A DNA stretch of 64,000 bases from an uncultured Pseudobdellovibrionaceae bacterium (GCA_964389375.1 CAYMDP010000010.1:9849-73848); one strand, 5' to 3'; positions 37,860-48,294 are shown, counted from the first letter of the stretch. Notes: generated by a model not told the origin, from the letters alone. A program made the numbers and translations.

Positions 37860-38864
37860 TTACTGCCGACCGGGAATCTTCTTAAGCGAGTAGACAAGCT
37901 CCCAGAATGGGATCACAGAAGTCACGTCTTCGAGCTTAAATGAACAAGTTAGAACTCCGCCTTCGCCGGATTGTTTTTCGTTGATTAGCCCTTTTGCAGC
38001 CAGTGGGTCTGAATCATTCACTCCGATAAGCTGACCAAGATCTTTCATAGAACTATTTTGCATTTCTGTCAGGCTGACGGTCACCAGGCCCTTATCATTC
38101 GCAGTTTGTTTATTGCCGTAAAATGCGAGAGCTCGAAGCACGGGAAGTTCTTTTTCTTCGATGGTGATTCGTTTTGATTCGTCGGTAAAAAGATATTTGT
38201 TATACCAATCCACAAATTCGGTCAGGATTTTGTGATTCAAAATGGTCACTTTCTTTCGGCCTTCGCCTAGGTCTTCGACCTTCATGATCTGATGCCCCGA
38301 AAGCACATCCATCATTTTATCCATCTTATTCGTGGGGAGCTGAAAAATTTGAATCGTGTAATTTCGAAGAAGATGAAAGGGGATCACTAAACCTTCTTCA
38401 GATTTTTCTCCGGCCTTATAGCCAATCAAGCTGATGATTGCGCAAAGCCTGGTGATCATATGAGGCGGAAACATTTCTTCATCACCCTTAGAGGCTTGCT
38501 CTAAGTTTTTAATACGTGTGTTGGCTTCGCGAAGGTGCCCATTAATTGTTTTGACCATGGCCTTTAGCCATTCTGGAAACGTTTTAAATTGCGCATGCAA
38601 AGACTTAAAAGGAAGAGAGATAACTTCGGTGTCTGAGATCGCCTTAGCGCCAGCACTGCGGGGTTTATTATCAAAAAAAGCCATTTCTCCGATCATTTGG
38701 CCAGAGCTAATCTCGGCTAAAATAATTTCGCCGCTTCCTTTTGTTTTGGTCACTGCAATACGGCCAGATTTTACGACGTACATCGCGTCAGAAGCGTCGC
38801 CTTCACGGAAGAGGATTTCACCTCGCCCTAATTTTTTCGTTCCGCTCACAGTTGTTGGCCTCAA
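37860..38864 (-). CDS. Cyclic-nucleotide-binding domain protein with an uncharacterised C-terminal domain
   Basis: 334-aa ORF. The N-terminal CAP-type cNMP-binding fold has GEILFREGDASDAMYVVKSGRIAV...GEMAFFDNKPRSAGA. No HTH is recognisable in the roughly 200-aa C-terminal part. Confidence 0.7.
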   Translation of the reverse strand: MRPTTVSGTKKLGRGEILFREGDASDAMYVVKSGRIAVTKTKGSGEIILAEISSGQMIGEMAFFDNKPRSAGAKAISDTEVISLPFKSLHAQFKTFPEWLKAMVKTINGHLREANTRIKNLEQASKGDEEMFPPHMITRLCAIISLIGYKAGEKSEEGLVIPFHLLRNYTIQIFQLPTNKMDKMMDVLSGHQIMKVEDLGEGRKKVTILNHKILTEFVDWYNKYLFTDESKRITIEEKELPVLRALAFYGNKQTANDKGLVTVSLTEMQNSSMKDLGQLIGVNDSDPLAAKGLINEKQSGEGGVLTCSFKLEDVTSVIPFWELVYSLKKIPGRQ

Positions 38865-38993
38865 ATTGATGGATCGATCGGCAGTCTCTGCTCGCCTTGG
38901 GTCTATTATGAAAGAGAATAGCCGAAATGGCTAGAAGGAGACTGAAAGCTTAGAAAATCAAGCCCATCGCATTACGACTTTGGGCTGGTTGAC

Positions 38994-39653
38994 TTAAAGC
39001 ATGCTTTTCAATTTGGGATCGATTTTAAGCTTTGCTCCGGTGGCCTTGATAACATCTTCAGGGTTTAGATCCGGAGCAATTTCCTTTAAGACAAAGCCCT
39101 CGGGGGTAATGTCAAAGACTCCGTGATCTGTCACCACGCGATTTACGCAAAACTTTCCTGTGTAGGGAAGTGTACAGGTCGGAAGAAGTTTCGAGGCGCC
39201 AGAGCGCTCGAGCTGTTGCATCGCTACGATGACTCGCTTTGCTCCGGCCACAAGGTCCATGGCTCCACCGACACCTTTAACCAGTTTTCCTGGGACCATC
39301 CAGTTTGCGATACTTCCCTTTTCATCCACTTGCATTGCGCCCAAAACCGTGAGGTCAACATGGCCTCCACGGATCATTGCGAAACTATCGGCAGAGGAAA
39401 AAAAACTGGCACCGGGAACCGTCGTGATCGTTTGTTTTCCAGCGTTAATTAAATCCGGATCAACTTCATTGGCCCGCGGGAAAGGCCCCATTCCGAGTAA
39501 GCCGTTTTCACTTTGAAACATCACAAACATATTCGTGGGGATATAATTTGCCACAAGGGTCGGAATTCCAATCCCAAGATTGACCACAAAGCCATCTTCA
39601 ACTTCTTTAGCCACACGTTGAGCAATTCCTTCGCGAGATAGTGGAGTTCCCAT
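38994..39653 (-). CDS. scoB: 3-oxoacid CoA-transferase, subunit B
   Basis: 219-aa ORF with SENGLLGMGP and the surrounding family I CoA-transferase beta-subunit pattern. TAATG junction with subunit A. Confidence 0.85.
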   Translation of the reverse strand: MGTPLSREGIAQRVAKEVEDGFVVNLGIGIPTLVANYIPTNMFVMFQSENGLLGMGPFPRANEVDPDLINAGKQTITTVPGASFFSSADSFAMIRGGHVDLTVLGAMQVDEKGSIANWMVPGKLVKGVGGAMDLVAGAKRVIVAMQQLERSGASKLLPTCTLPYTGKFCVNRVVTDHGVFDITPEGFVLKEIAPDLNPEDVIKATGAKLKIDPKLKSML

Positions 39654-40354
39654 TAAGAAACCTCTTTTGAAACAGTCAGATTTTCAATTCGTTTTTGGTA
39701 GCCCTTGCCCTGAAGAATTCTTTGAACATAAACTCCTGGGGTGTCGACATCCTCGGGTGCGATTTCGCCAATCTCAACAAGCTCTTCGACTTCCGCAATC
39801 GTGATTTTTCCCGCCGTAGCAACCATGGGATTAAAGTTTCGAGCGGTTTTTTTGTAGACCAAGTTTCCGAAGCGGTCCCCTTTCCAGGCTTTCACAAAGG
39901 CAAAATCCCCTTGGATGGCTTGCTCTAAAATGTAGGGGCGCCCATTAAAGTCTCTGGATTCTTTTCCTTCGGCAACTAGAGTTCCAACTCCTGTGGCTGT
40001 GTAGAAAGCAGGAATTCCAGCTCCCCCAGCCCGAAGTCGTTCAGCTAAGGTCCCTTGAGGAACAAGGTCGACCTCAAGTTCACCACTTAAAAATTGTTTT
40101 TCGAAGATATCATTTTCGCCAACATAGCTTGAGATCATTTTTTTGATCTGACGAGTTTGAAGTAAGAGTCCGAGTCCCCAGTCATCGACCCCGGCATTGT
40201 TTGATACACATGTCAGGCCCTTTGCTCCGGAATCTCTCAATGCAAGAATTAAATTCTCAGGAATTCCACAAAGACCAAAGCCTCCGAGAAGGATGGTCAT
40301 ATTGTCTTTTAGACCTTCAAGTGCTGATTTTGCATCCGGAAAAACTTTGTTCAT
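39653..40354 (-). CDS. scoA: 3-oxoacid CoA-transferase, subunit A
   Basis: 233-aa ORF with [16 protein letters not shown] and the subunit A pattern. ATGA overlap with the thiolase stop. Confidence 0.85.
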   Translation of the reverse strand: MNKVFPDAKSALEGLKDNMTILLGGFGLCGIPENLILALRDSGAKGLTCVSNNAGVDDWGLGLLLQTRQIKKMISSYVGENDIFEKQFLSGELEVDLVPQGTLAERLRAGGAGIPAFYTATGVGTLVAEGKESRDFNGRPYILEQAIQGDFAFVKAWKGDRFGNLVYKKTARNFNPMVATAGKITIAEVEELVEIGEIAPEDVDTPGVYVQRILQGKGYQKRIENLTVSKEVS

Positions 40355-41529
40355 AATCTCTCCACGATCAGAGCTACGGCTTCGCCTCCTCCGATGCAGA
40401 GACTTGCCATGCCGAGATTTTTTTTGCGGGCTTCCAAAGCATAAAGAAGCGTCGTTAGAATTCGCGCACCACTGGCTCCGATGGGATGGCCAATCGCGAC
40501 AGCTCCGCCATGAACGTTCACTTTGTCCGCAGAAATTTTAAGATCCTTCATGGCGGCCATTGTGACGATTGAAAATGCCTCGTTGATTTCAAATAAATCG
40601 ATATCTTCAATTTTAAGCTTCGCTTTCTCCATTGCCATTTTCATCGCACCCACCGGGGCCGTGGTGAACCATTTTGGATCTTGGGCGAAAGTGGCATAAG
40701 ACACAATTCGAGCGATGGGCTTTAGGTTTCGATTTTTGACTTGAGTTCCACTTGCTAAAACCAAAGCCGCACCACCGTCATTTATTTTCGAGGCGTTTGC
40801 GGCAGTGATTGTGCCTTCTTTATCGAAAGCCGGGCGAAGTTCGGTCATCTTGTCAAAACGAGCTTTTCCTGGCTCTTCATCCGTATCGATTTTCAGATTT
40901 CCGCCTTTCTGAAGGACTTCAAAAGGGGCGATTTCATTTTTGAAGAGGCCTTCTGAGATGGCCTTCTGCGCTTTGAGGTAACTTTCTTTTGCAAACTCAT
41001 CTTGTTCTTGACGGCTGACACGATATTCTTTGACACAAAGCTCGGCCGCATTCCCCATATGAAATTGGTTATAGGGATCCCAAAGTCCGTCTTTAATCAT
41101 CGAATCTGTCGTTTGAATATGTCCCATTCGATATCCCGTTCTCGAGTTTTCCAGAAGGTGAGGGGCAAGACTCATACATTCTTGTCCACCAGCGACCGCA
41201 ATCTGACTGTGACCGAGTGCGAGGGAGTCTGCGGCAAGCATGACTGCTTTTAAGCCAGAGCCACAAACTTTGTTGACCGTCATACAGACCGTTGAAGTGG
41301 GAAGCTTTGCAAAAATTGCGGCTTGGCGTGCTGGGGCTTGTCCCGCTCCTGCGGTCAGCACTTGGCCCATGATGCATTCGTCAATGTCTTGGCTTTGAAG
41401 TTGCGCCTGTTCTAGAGCTGAAGAAATTGCGGCAGCACCAAGTCGGGGAGCAGGGCTAGAACTTAAGGCTCCTTGAAAAGACCCCACCGGAGTGCGTTTT
41501 GCGCTGAGAATAAAACTAGATTCTGGCAT
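40351..41529 (-). CDS. Acetyl-CoA C-acetyltransferase (thiolase II)
   Basis: 392-aa ORF with active-site regions [32 protein letters not shown] and [10 protein letters not shown]. Confidence 0.9.
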   Translation of the reverse strand: MPESSFILSAKRTPVGSFQGALSSSPAPRLGAAAISSALEQAQLQSQDIDECIMGQVLTAGAGQAPARQAAIFAKLPTSTVCMTVNKVCGSGLKAVMLAADSLALGHSQIAVAGGQECMSLAPHLLENSRTGYRMGHIQTTDSMIKDGLWDPYNQFHMGNAAELCVKEYRVSRQEQDEFAKESYLKAQKAISEGLFKNEIAPFEVLQKGGNLKIDTDEEPGKARFDKMTELRPAFDKEGTITAANASKINDGGAALVLASGTQVKNRNLKPIARIVSYATFAQDPKWFTTAPVGAMKMAMEKAKLKIEDIDLFEINEAFSIVTMAAMKDLKISADKVNVHGGAVAIGHPIGASGARILTTLLYALEARKKNLGMASLCIGGGEAVALIVERL

Positions 41530-41888
41530 AAAGTCCCTCTCTTTTTAGATAAGCGAGGATTTTGCGATGCCTCCCGGGGCTTGTCAACTCGAGGAGGATA
41601 AACCATAAAAGCTCGAATCTGACCACGTGCTCGGCAATTTCAGACTCAACCTAGCGTGAAGGTACGCGTCGCCCAAAATCGGCTGCGCGCGTAGCCTATT
41701 CGAGCTTCTACAGCCTTTTGCCTGGAGATCTAATTTCGCTTTTAGGTTAGTGCCTTGATTCGGTGTTTTTCTCTGTGTGTCAAGCCTCTGCTTCTTTAAC
41801 TTTTTGGGGTGAGTTTGAGAATAAGTTCACCTAAGCTAATTAGGTTTCTGGTTTTCAAGGGATGCGTTTTTACTGAAAGGATAGCCTT

Positions 41889-42923
41889 ATGAGTTCTTGG
41901 GCACTGATCATTTCGATATTGATTCTTTCCTTCAGCGCGATTGCGGAAACGATTGACTACAAACCTTTGCCTGTCGAAGTGCGAGCCGGCGATCGGCTGT
42001 TGATTCGCGGCTTCAAAGGACAGGTTCGGGTGCAGTCTCAAGCCAAAGCAAAGAATCTGTCGGTCAAATTACGTCAGATTAATCCCGATAAAAATCAAAT
42101 GAGCCCCGAGCTTAAAGAAGTTTTAGATGAGTGGCTTTTTTCAGTTCAAAGGCGCGAACAAAATATTGAAGTGATCGTCCGAAGCCCGCAGTCGAAAAAA
42201 GTTTGGAGTCAGATGTTAGTTTCGGGCAATATGCCCAGTTTTATGATCGAGGTTACAGGACCTGCGATTCCTTTGGATATTGCTTTAAAGCAGGGGCCAG
42301 TTCGTGTCGAGGATTGGACAGCTCCCGTCAGCATTTTAGCAAATGAAGGTGCAGTCGAAGTCCTCGGGGGAAATGGAGATTTAAAAGTCTCTGGTCAGAC
42401 GGGCGCAATTTCGGTGAAGGGACGCAAAGGCAAGGTCAGCCTCGAATCCTATTCTGGAAAAATTTTAGTCTCGGATAACGGTGGACAATTACAACTTGAG
42501 AATTTTTCAGGTGATTCAGAAGTCAACAAGTTTGAAGGTCCCATTCAGCTTAGTTCCACTCGGGGTTCCGCGAAGGTTGTCAACTCGAAGGGTCGCATCG
42601 AATTTTTTAACGGACGCGGAGCTTTAAAATTAGAGTCTTTTGAAGGCGCAGTGAAAGGGGTTAGCGAACAAGGTGGTTTGTCCCTTAGTCTTAAGGGCGA
42701 GCCTGACGTCCGAGTGACGACAAAAGAGGGCAATGTTTTTATTGCCGCTGCGAATTCCGGAGCCTATTTAAATCTTGGAACCAGTGAAGGGCGCATTGCA
42801 GGCCCAAGTTACCTAAGCAGCTCACAGACGCCGAGCTTAAGGTTGATGCAAGGACGGATGCGCGGAAATGTTAAAGGTCAGATTTATGTCAGGACTGAGG
42901 CCGGAGCTATTCAGGTCAGATAA
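41889..42923 (+). CDS. Secreted repeat protein, DUF4097-like (putative adhesin beta-helix)
   Basis: 344-aa ORF with a signal peptide and repeated G(D/K).K(V/L)S...G.I.V-type units (GDLKVSGQTGAISVKGRKGKVSLESYSGKILV..). Confidence 0.45.
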   Translation: MSSWALIISILILSFSAIAETIDYKPLPVEVRAGDRLLIRGFKGQVRVQSQAKAKNLSVKLRQINPDKNQMSPELKEVLDEWLFSVQRREQNIEVIVRSPQSKKVWSQMLVSGNMPSFMIEVTGPAIPLDIALKQGPVRVEDWTAPVSILANEGAVEVLGGNGDLKVSGQTGAISVKGRKGKVSLESYSGKILVSDNGGQLQLENFSGDSEVNKFEGPIQLSSTRGSAKVVNSKGRIEFFNGRGALKLESFEGAVKGVSEQGGLSLSLKGEPDVRVTTKEGNVFIAAANSGAYLNLGTSEGRIAGPSYLSSSQTPSLRLMQGRMRGNVKGQIYVRTEAGAIQVR

Positions 42924-42968
42924 AATCCCCTTGACGAGCGTTCGAAAATACATGACCTTCACCAGACC

Positions 42969-43736
42969 ATGGCAAAAAAGAAGCAGTTAAAAAAGAAGAC
43001 AAGTGGCGTTAAGGCTAAGAAATCCCCGGCGAAAAAGAAGGCGGTGGCTAAAAAGCCCGCTAAGGTTTTGGCTAAAAAAGCAGCACCTGTAAAGGCCGCT
43101 AAAGTGAAGGCGAAAGCCGCACCTAAAGCAAAAGCCAAGGCAGCAGCGGCTCCAAAAACCTCGAAGATTAAAGCGGCGGCTCAAAAAGTTTTGGGTAAAG
43201 TGGCCAAGGCTTTAAAGCCTACGCCCGAGCCGAAGGCTCCAAAGGCGGCGAAAGCCCCGAAAGAAAAAGTCACAAAGACGAAAGCCTCTGCAGTAGAGAC
43301 GGTTGAAGAGATTGAAATTAATCCCCTCGACGCTCAGGCGATGCTTGAGGAGATCGTTCCCGAAGAGATCATTCTGACTGATGCGGAAGGGCGAAGATAT
43401 TGCCGAACCCGTGATTGTGACCAATTGTCCTTAGTCGAAGGCTATTGCCGGTATCACTATTTGTTGTTTTGGAAAAAGATCCAGGTTCGCAAGAAAATTT
43501 TAGAAGAAGGTAAGCTGATTCGGTACATCGAAGAGCTGACTTCGCGTTATCCGGATAAATTTTTAGAAATGCTTCGCAAAGATCTACGTTCAGAGAAAGA
43601 CTTCTTAGCTGCAATTCAGGAGCTTGAGATCGATGAATCAGCCGAGGACGGTGATTTTGAAGATGAAGCTCAAAATTACATCGAAGAAGTACGTGGGATG
43701 GCCGAGCCCGGCGCCCGCACCGAAGACGATTTCTAG
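42969..43736 (+). CDS. Histone-H1-like Lys/Ala-rich N-terminal region fused to a Cys/His-containing domain and an acidic tail
   Basis: 255-aa ORF. About the first 110 residues are AKK/KAA repeats (KKSPAKKKAVAKKPAKVLAKKAAPVKAAKVKAKAAPKAKAKAAA). Then come CRTRDCDQLSLVEGYCRYHY and an acidic C-terminus. Confidence 0.6.
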   Translation: MAKKKQLKKKTSGVKAKKSPAKKKAVAKKPAKVLAKKAAPVKAAKVKAKAAPKAKAKAAAAPKTSKIKAAAQKVLGKVAKALKPTPEPKAPKAAKAPKEKVTKTKASAVETVEEIEINPLDAQAMLEEIVPEEIILTDAEGRRYCRTRDCDQLSLVEGYCRYHYLLFWKKIQVRKKILEEGKLIRYIEELTSRYPDKFLEMLRKDLRSEKDFLAAIQELEIDESAEDGDFEDEAQNYIEEVRGMAEPGARTEDDF

Positions 43737-43741
43737 ATAAG

Positions 43742-44287
43742 TTAGTGGATTTGGCCTTCGTCGGGGTCTTCATCTTCGTCTGGATCAAGACCCAACAGTC
43801 GCTTTAATTTTTCGGGCTGCTCATCGTCTTCACGATCCTCAAGTAAGCTTCCTTCTTGCAGTCCTAATAGCCGATCGGCTTCACTTTCGAGTTTCGAATT
43901 AACCGCAGAATGTTGGACAAACAGCATTCGGCCCTCGGCCTCAAACTCCGTCCAAATGGCTGGAAATTCCTGCGCTTCGTCCGGGTTGTTTAAGAGCTGG
44001 TCTAAGAGGCTGGCTCCTGCGTCGACGGCAAGGTAGATCAGCTTAACCATGTCTTCTTTGCCTGCTTTGTACTCAATCGAAATCTCAAAGTTATCCTGTT
44101 TCAGGCGCCCACTTTCAAGGTAACCGACACGCACCAAAAGCTCTGAAGGGTAGATGCGTCCTTCGACCTGAAACTGCCCGGATTTGGCTTGAAGAGGAAA
44201 GTTTTTACCTAGAGCCACCTGAACTTGTTTCACCAGTTCTTTAGGGATGGCACTCCATTTTTTTGAGCTTTTTAAGCGGGCTTCCAT
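43742..44287 (-). CDS. Hypothetical protein with an acidic C-terminal tail
   Basis: 181-aa ORF convergent with 42969..43736, with only 5 nt between the stops. The tail is DREDDEQPEKLKRLLGLDPDEDEDPDEGQ. Confidence 0.45.
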   Translation of the reverse strand: MEARLKSSKKWSAIPKELVKQVQVALGKNFPLQAKSGQFQVEGRIYPSELLVRVGYLESGRLKQDNFEISIEYKAGKEDMVKLIYLAVDAGASLLDQLLNNPDEAQEFPAIWTEFEAEGRMLFVQHSAVNSKLESEADRLLGLQEGSLLEDREDDEQPEKLKRLLGLDPDEDEDPDEGQIH

Positions 44288-44313
44288 AGGGACCTTTCAT
44301 GAATTAAGCTATG

Positions 44314-44342
44314 TTGACCTTTATATCGACGCGGACTATAAA
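44314..44342 (+). promoter_or_regulatory. Candidate sigma70-type promoter upstream of miaB
   Basis: TTGACC (44314-44319), 17-nt spacer, TATAAA (44337-44342), about 90 nt before the miaB start. Motif match only. Confidence 0.4.
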
Positions 44343-44432
44343 ACCTCAAGGTTTGACGACTTAGATGCTTAGTTTTTCTGATTTTTTTGAAAAGTCAGGT
44401 AAATTTTTCTCAAACACCAAAGGAGCTCCCGC

Positions 44433-45794
44433 TTGCAGCCCATAAATCCTTTGAATTCTGATTCACAACTGAGCCCGATGATGGCCAAACGCCGCGGCGT
44501 CTTCATTTCGACTTATGGCTGTCAGATGAATGTGAACGATTCGGATCGGATGCTTTCATTGCTTGAGATGGTCAACTACGAGCCGGTCTCAACTCCTGAG
44601 GAAGCCGAGCTAATTATTATCAACTCATGTAGCGTGCGAGAAAAGCCCGTTCATAAAGTACATTCCGAAGTGGGCCGCTACCGAAAGCTAAAAGAGCTTA
44701 ACCCCAGTCTAAAAATTGGCGTCGGTGGATGCGTCGCTCAACAAGAAAAAGACAAACTGACTCGGGACATTCCACTTTTGGATTTTGTTTTTGGAACGGA
44801 TGCAATTGATCGCTTGCCTGAGATTGTGTCTCGGTTAGAGCGAGAAAAGCGAGTCGTCGAAGCCCGCTTCGAACATCAAAAACCCTACCATATCGAGACT
44901 CTGGTTAAAAACCCGGGAGTCTCTGCTTTTGTGAATATCACCAAGGGCTGTGATAATTTTTGCACCTTTTGTGTGGTTCCTTTTACCCGAGGCCGCGAGC
45001 GCAGTCGTCCGCTGGATCACCTTCTGCAAGATGTAAATACCTTGGTTGAGCGTGGAGTGAAGGAAGTCACCTTACTCGGGCAGAATGTAAATTCCTACAA
45101 AAGTGAATGTGGAGCCAATTTTGCGAAGCTTTTAGAGGCCGTTGCAGTAAAAACTGAGATCGAGCGTATTCGATTTACGACAAGTCATCCAAAAGATTTT
45201 AACGAAGAGCTTGTGGACTTGATGAATCATCATCGCAGTAAGATCATGGAGTACATTCATCTTCCGGTTCAAGCTGGAAACAGTGAAGTCCTTGAGCGGA
45301 TGAATCGGGGATACACTCGAGAAGAGTATATTAAAAAAGCTCACATGATTTTAGATCGAATGCCGGGTGCAGCCTTGTCGACGGATATCATTGTGGGATT
45401 TCCTGGCGAAACCGAGGCCCAGTTTGAAGAGAGCCTAAGCCTTCTAGATGAAGTCCCTTATGAGAGTATTTTTGCATTTTCTTACAGCCCTCGGCCCTTT
45501 ACCAAGGCCGCGCGCTGGGAAGATCAACTGACTGAAACGGAGAAGTCTGAGCGACTGAATCGACTTTTTGACAAGCACAAAGAAATTGCCTGGAAGCTAG
45601 TGCAAAAATATGAAGGTCAAACTTTGCAAGTTCTGGTTGAAAACGTAAATGAAGAAACCGGAAGAGCCTTTGGCCGGTCCACGCAAAACAAGGCCGTTCA
45701 TTTTAAGGGTTTGCCTCAGCATGTGGGACAGACCCTTTCCATTCATATCGAAAGTGCGACGCCGCAAGTTCTTCGAGGTGTCCATGCGCAATAG
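44433..45794 (+). CDS. miaB: tRNA-2-methylthio-N6-dimethylallyladenosine synthase (radical SAM methylthiotransferase)
   Basis: FISTYGCQMN (UPF0004 domain), radical-SAM CDNFCTFC and a TRAM-like C-terminus. TTG 44433 follows AAAGGAG at good spacing; ATG 44478 is an alternative start. Confidence 0.9.
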   Translation: MQPINPLNSDSQLSPMMAKRRGVFISTYGCQMNVNDSDRMLSLLEMVNYEPVSTPEEAELIIINSCSVREKPVHKVHSEVGRYRKLKELNPSLKIGVGGCVAQQEKDKLTRDIPLLDFVFGTDAIDRLPEIVSRLEREKRVVEARFEHQKPYHIETLVKNPGVSAFVNITKGCDNFCTFCVVPFTRGRERSRPLDHLLQDVNTLVERGVKEVTLLGQNVNSYKSECGANFAKLLEAVAVKTEIERIRFTTSHPKDFNEELVDLMNHHRSKIMEYIHLPVQAGNSEVLERMNRGYTREEYIKKAHMILDRMPGAALSTDIIVGFPGETEAQFEESLSLLDEVPYESIFAFSYSPRPFTKAARWEDQLTETEKSERLNRLFDKHKEIAWKLVQKYEGQTLQVLVENVNEETGRAFGRSTQNKAVHFKGLPQHVGQTLSIHIESATPQVLRGVHAQ

Positions 45795-46296
45795 ACTCGA
45801 GACCTCCCTAATGCCTAAAGGCAAACTTGTTGAGATTACTCCCTATGGAGTGACTGCAGGTTATGACCCTGGGCGACCCGTGATGCTATTTAAAGAAAAA
45901 AAAGGCGAACTGATTCTTCCGGTGTGGCTAAGCCCCTTGGATGTGGGGATCGCCATTTCTCAGCACCATGTTAAGATGTCTTCCATTTCCCCTCATGATC
46001 TGTCCTCTCGTTTGATTAAATCTTTGGGGATTCGAGTCGAGAAGTGTGTTTTTGTCAGCGTCAAATCGGGCCAACAAATGGTTGAGCTTTATCTGGAAGG
46101 TCACCCCGAATTAAAAAAGATATCGAGCCGCGCAGATCAGTGCATTTCCTTTTGTTTGCACGAAAAGGCAAAGTTTTACTGCACCAGATCCTACATTCAA
46201 GAGTGCAGAGATCTAGATGCTGAGATGCTGGGTGTGGCAGAAGGGGTGCGGATGGTCCCGGGGGTTTTGGACAACCAACATCCCTATTTGATGTGA
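45784..46296 (+). CDS. Bifunctional nuclease (BFN/DUF151) family protein
   Basis: From ATG 45784, which overlaps the miaB end by 11 nt: GRPVMLFKEKKGELILPVWLSPLDVGIAIS...SPHDLSSRLIKSLGIRVEKCVFVSV matches the DUF151 pattern. The ORF-track start 45649 lies inside miaB. Confidence 0.6.
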   Translation: MRNRLETSLMPKGKLVEITPYGVTAGYDPGRPVMLFKEKKGELILPVWLSPLDVGIAISQHHVKMSSISPHDLSSRLIKSLGIRVEKCVFVSVKSGQQMVELYLEGHPELKKISSRADQCISFCLHEKAKFYCTRSYIQECRDLDAEMLGVAEGVRMVPGVLDNQHPYLM

Positions 46297-46310
46297 GGTT
46301 ATAGAAAGCG

Positions 46311-46826
46311 ATGATAATGAAGCTTTTAGGTCATAGCCCAAAAATCGGAAAAGGAAGCTTCATCGCACCTTCAGCGGACATCATCGGAGATGTGACATTG
46401 GGTGAGAATTGCTCGGTTTGGTTTAATACCACTTTGCGAGGGGACGTCATGCCCATCGAAATTGGCGATGAGAGCAATATTCAGGACGGAACAACAATCC
46501 ACGGAACTTTTAAAAAATGTGGTGCCAAAGTTGGTCGACGAGTGACCGTCGGTCACAATGTTATTCTTCACGGATGTGAAATCGGGGATGAGTGTTTGAT
46601 CGGGATGGGTTCAATCATTATGGATCAAGCAAAGATCCCCGATCATTGCGTTGTGGGTGCGGGATCCTTGGTGACCGAGAATAGTGAATTCCAGCCGGGC
46701 TCTTTGATTTTAGGACGACCTGCAAAACAGATTCGTCCTTTAAAGCCGGATGAGCTAGCTTTTTTGTCTAAGTCTGCTGACAACTATTTGCTGTACAAAA
46801 AATGGTACGAAAATGAGGGGGAATAA
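46311..46826 (+). CDS. Gamma-carbonic-anhydrase-like / hexapeptide-repeat (LbH) family protein
   Basis: 171-aa ORF with hexapeptide repeats and the [32 protein letters not shown] pattern of the YrdA/PaaY family. Confidence 0.8.
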   Translation: MIMKLLGHSPKIGKGSFIAPSADIIGDVTLGENCSVWFNTTLRGDVMPIEIGDESNIQDGTTIHGTFKKCGAKVGRRVTVGHNVILHGCEIGDECLIGMGSIIMDQAKIPDHCVVGAGSLVTENSEFQPGSLILGRPAKQIRPLKPDELAFLSKSADNYLLYKKWYENEGE

Positions 46827-46827
46827 T

Positions 46828-48294
46828 ATGATCGACATCGACCCAACACTCGCTTTAACTTTTGACGATATTTTGTTGATCCCCCATTACTCGGATGTGA
46901 TCCCCTCAGAGATTTCCTGTGAATCGGTTTTTGCCAGAGATATGGTGTTAAAGATGCCAATTATTTCTGCGGCAATGGATACAGTGACTGAGAATAAAGT
47001 GGCGCGAGTGATGGCTCAGCATGGGGGCTTTGGAGTTATTCATAAAAACCTAGACATCGAAACTCAATGTTTGGAAGTTGAGAGAGTCAAAAAGTACGAA
47101 AGTGGGATGATCATCGATCCCATCACTTTGGGGCCAGATCGTCGAGTGTTTGAAGCCTTAGAGCTTATGAAGAAGTATTCCATCAGCGGAGTCCCAATTA
47201 CAGTCAAAGGAAAGCTTGTCGGAATCTTAACGAATCGTGATTTGCGCTTTGAAACCAATGTGGATCAGCCCATTTCAAACTTGATGACGGCTCAAGAAAA
47301 ACTTGTCACCGCACCCGTGGGTACAAGTTTGGCTGAGGCGAAGTCCATTTTGCAGAAGCATCGTATTGAAAAGTTACCAGTCGTGGACAAGGATGGGACT
47401 TTAAAAGGTCTGATTACAATTAAAGATATCGAGAAGTCTCAGAATTTTCCTCAGGCGACTAAAGACGGTCACGGCCGCCTATTTGTGGGTGCTGCGATTG
47501 GCGTGGATCAAACTTCAAAAGAGCGTGCGCGGGCATTAGTGTCGTCTGGTGCAGATTTGCTTTGTGTTGATACGGCTCACGGACACTCTAAAAATGTGAT
47601 CGAAATGCTGCGCTATGTGCGCTCAGAGTTTAAAGATAGTTTTATTGTTGCGGGAAACGTTGTAACTGCCGAAGGCACAAAAGCTTTAATTGAAGCCGGT
47701 GCGGACGTAGTTAAAGTTGGCGTAGGGCCTGGAAGTATTTGTACGACTCGAGTTGTGTCTGGTGTCGGGATGCCACAAATCAGTGCGGTGGCCGAGTGCT
47801 CGCAGATGGCAAAAAAAATGGGCCGCACCATCATTGCCGATGGCGGAATTAAGTTCTCTGGGGATTTGACGAAGGCTTTAGCACTTGGGGCAAACTCGGT
47901 GATGATCGGAAATCTTCTAGCGGGTTCTGATGAGGGGCCGGGCGAGACGATTCTGTATCAAGGTCGCACTTATAAAGTGTATCGGGGGATGGGAAGCCTA
48001 GGGGCTATGCAAAAAGGATCGAAAGATCGTTACGCTCAGATGGATGTCACCGATATGGAAAAACTTGTCCCCGAAGGGATTGAAGGAAAGGTTCCTTACC
48101 GTGGATCGGTCAGTGGAATTCTTCATCAGTTGATTGGTGGTTTGAAGTCTGGAATGGGTTATTTGGGAGCTCGCAATATTGGTGAACTTCAATCCCGGGC
48201 GCGCTTCGTAAAGATTTCTCCTCAGGGACTTCGAGAAAGTCATGTTCATGATGTCAGTATCACTAAAGAAGCTCCAAACTACCGTCTTGAGTAG
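46828..48294 (+). CDS. guaB: Inosine-5'-monophosphate dehydrogenase
   Basis: [10 protein letters not shown], tandem CBS domains, the catalytic loop [11 protein letters not shown] and [11 protein letters not shown] 46828 sits just after the upstream stop; the ORF-track start is 46813. Confidence 0.95.
   Translation: MIDIDPTLALTFDDILLIPHYSDVIPSEISCESVFARDMVLKMPIISAAMDTVTENKVARVMAQHGGFGVIHKNLDIETQCLEVERVKKYESGMIIDPITLGPDRRVFEALELMKKYSISGVPITVKGKLVGILTNRDLRFETNVDQPISNLMTAQEKLVTAPVGTSLAEAKSILQKHRIEKLPVVDKDGTLKGLITIKDIEKSQNFPQATKDGHGRLFVGAAIGVDQTSKERARALVSSGADLLCVDTAHGHSKNVIEMLRYVRSEFKDSFIVAGNVVTAEGTKALIEAGADVVKVGVGPGSICTTRVVSGVGMPQISAVAECSQMAKKMGRTIIADGGIKFSGDLTKALALGANSVMIGNLLAGSDEGPGETILYQGRTYKVYRGMGSLGAMQKGSKDRYAQMDVTDMEKLVPEGIEGKVPYRGSVSGILHQLIGGLKSGMGYLGARNIGELQSRARFVKISPQGLRESHVHDVSITKEAPNYRLE

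Noticed and set aside
38518-38934. Long antisense or alternative-frame ORFs: 38518..38934, 43369..43788, 31587..31952, 57506..57898, 62783..63133, 40197..40541
   Set aside because: Each lies wholly within a well-supported CDS with clear family motifs. Their translations are low-complexity or Arg/Ser/Pro-rich, as expected for shadow frames.
38965-38976. The 12-mer CATCGCATTACG, shared with the HNH gene (4559-4570) and near-identical in its relic (about 7239-7250), seen a third time downstream of scoB
   Set aside because: The flanking sequence shows no further similarity. A single 12-nt match in 64 kb examined on both strands may be chance, so it is not called as a repeat copy.
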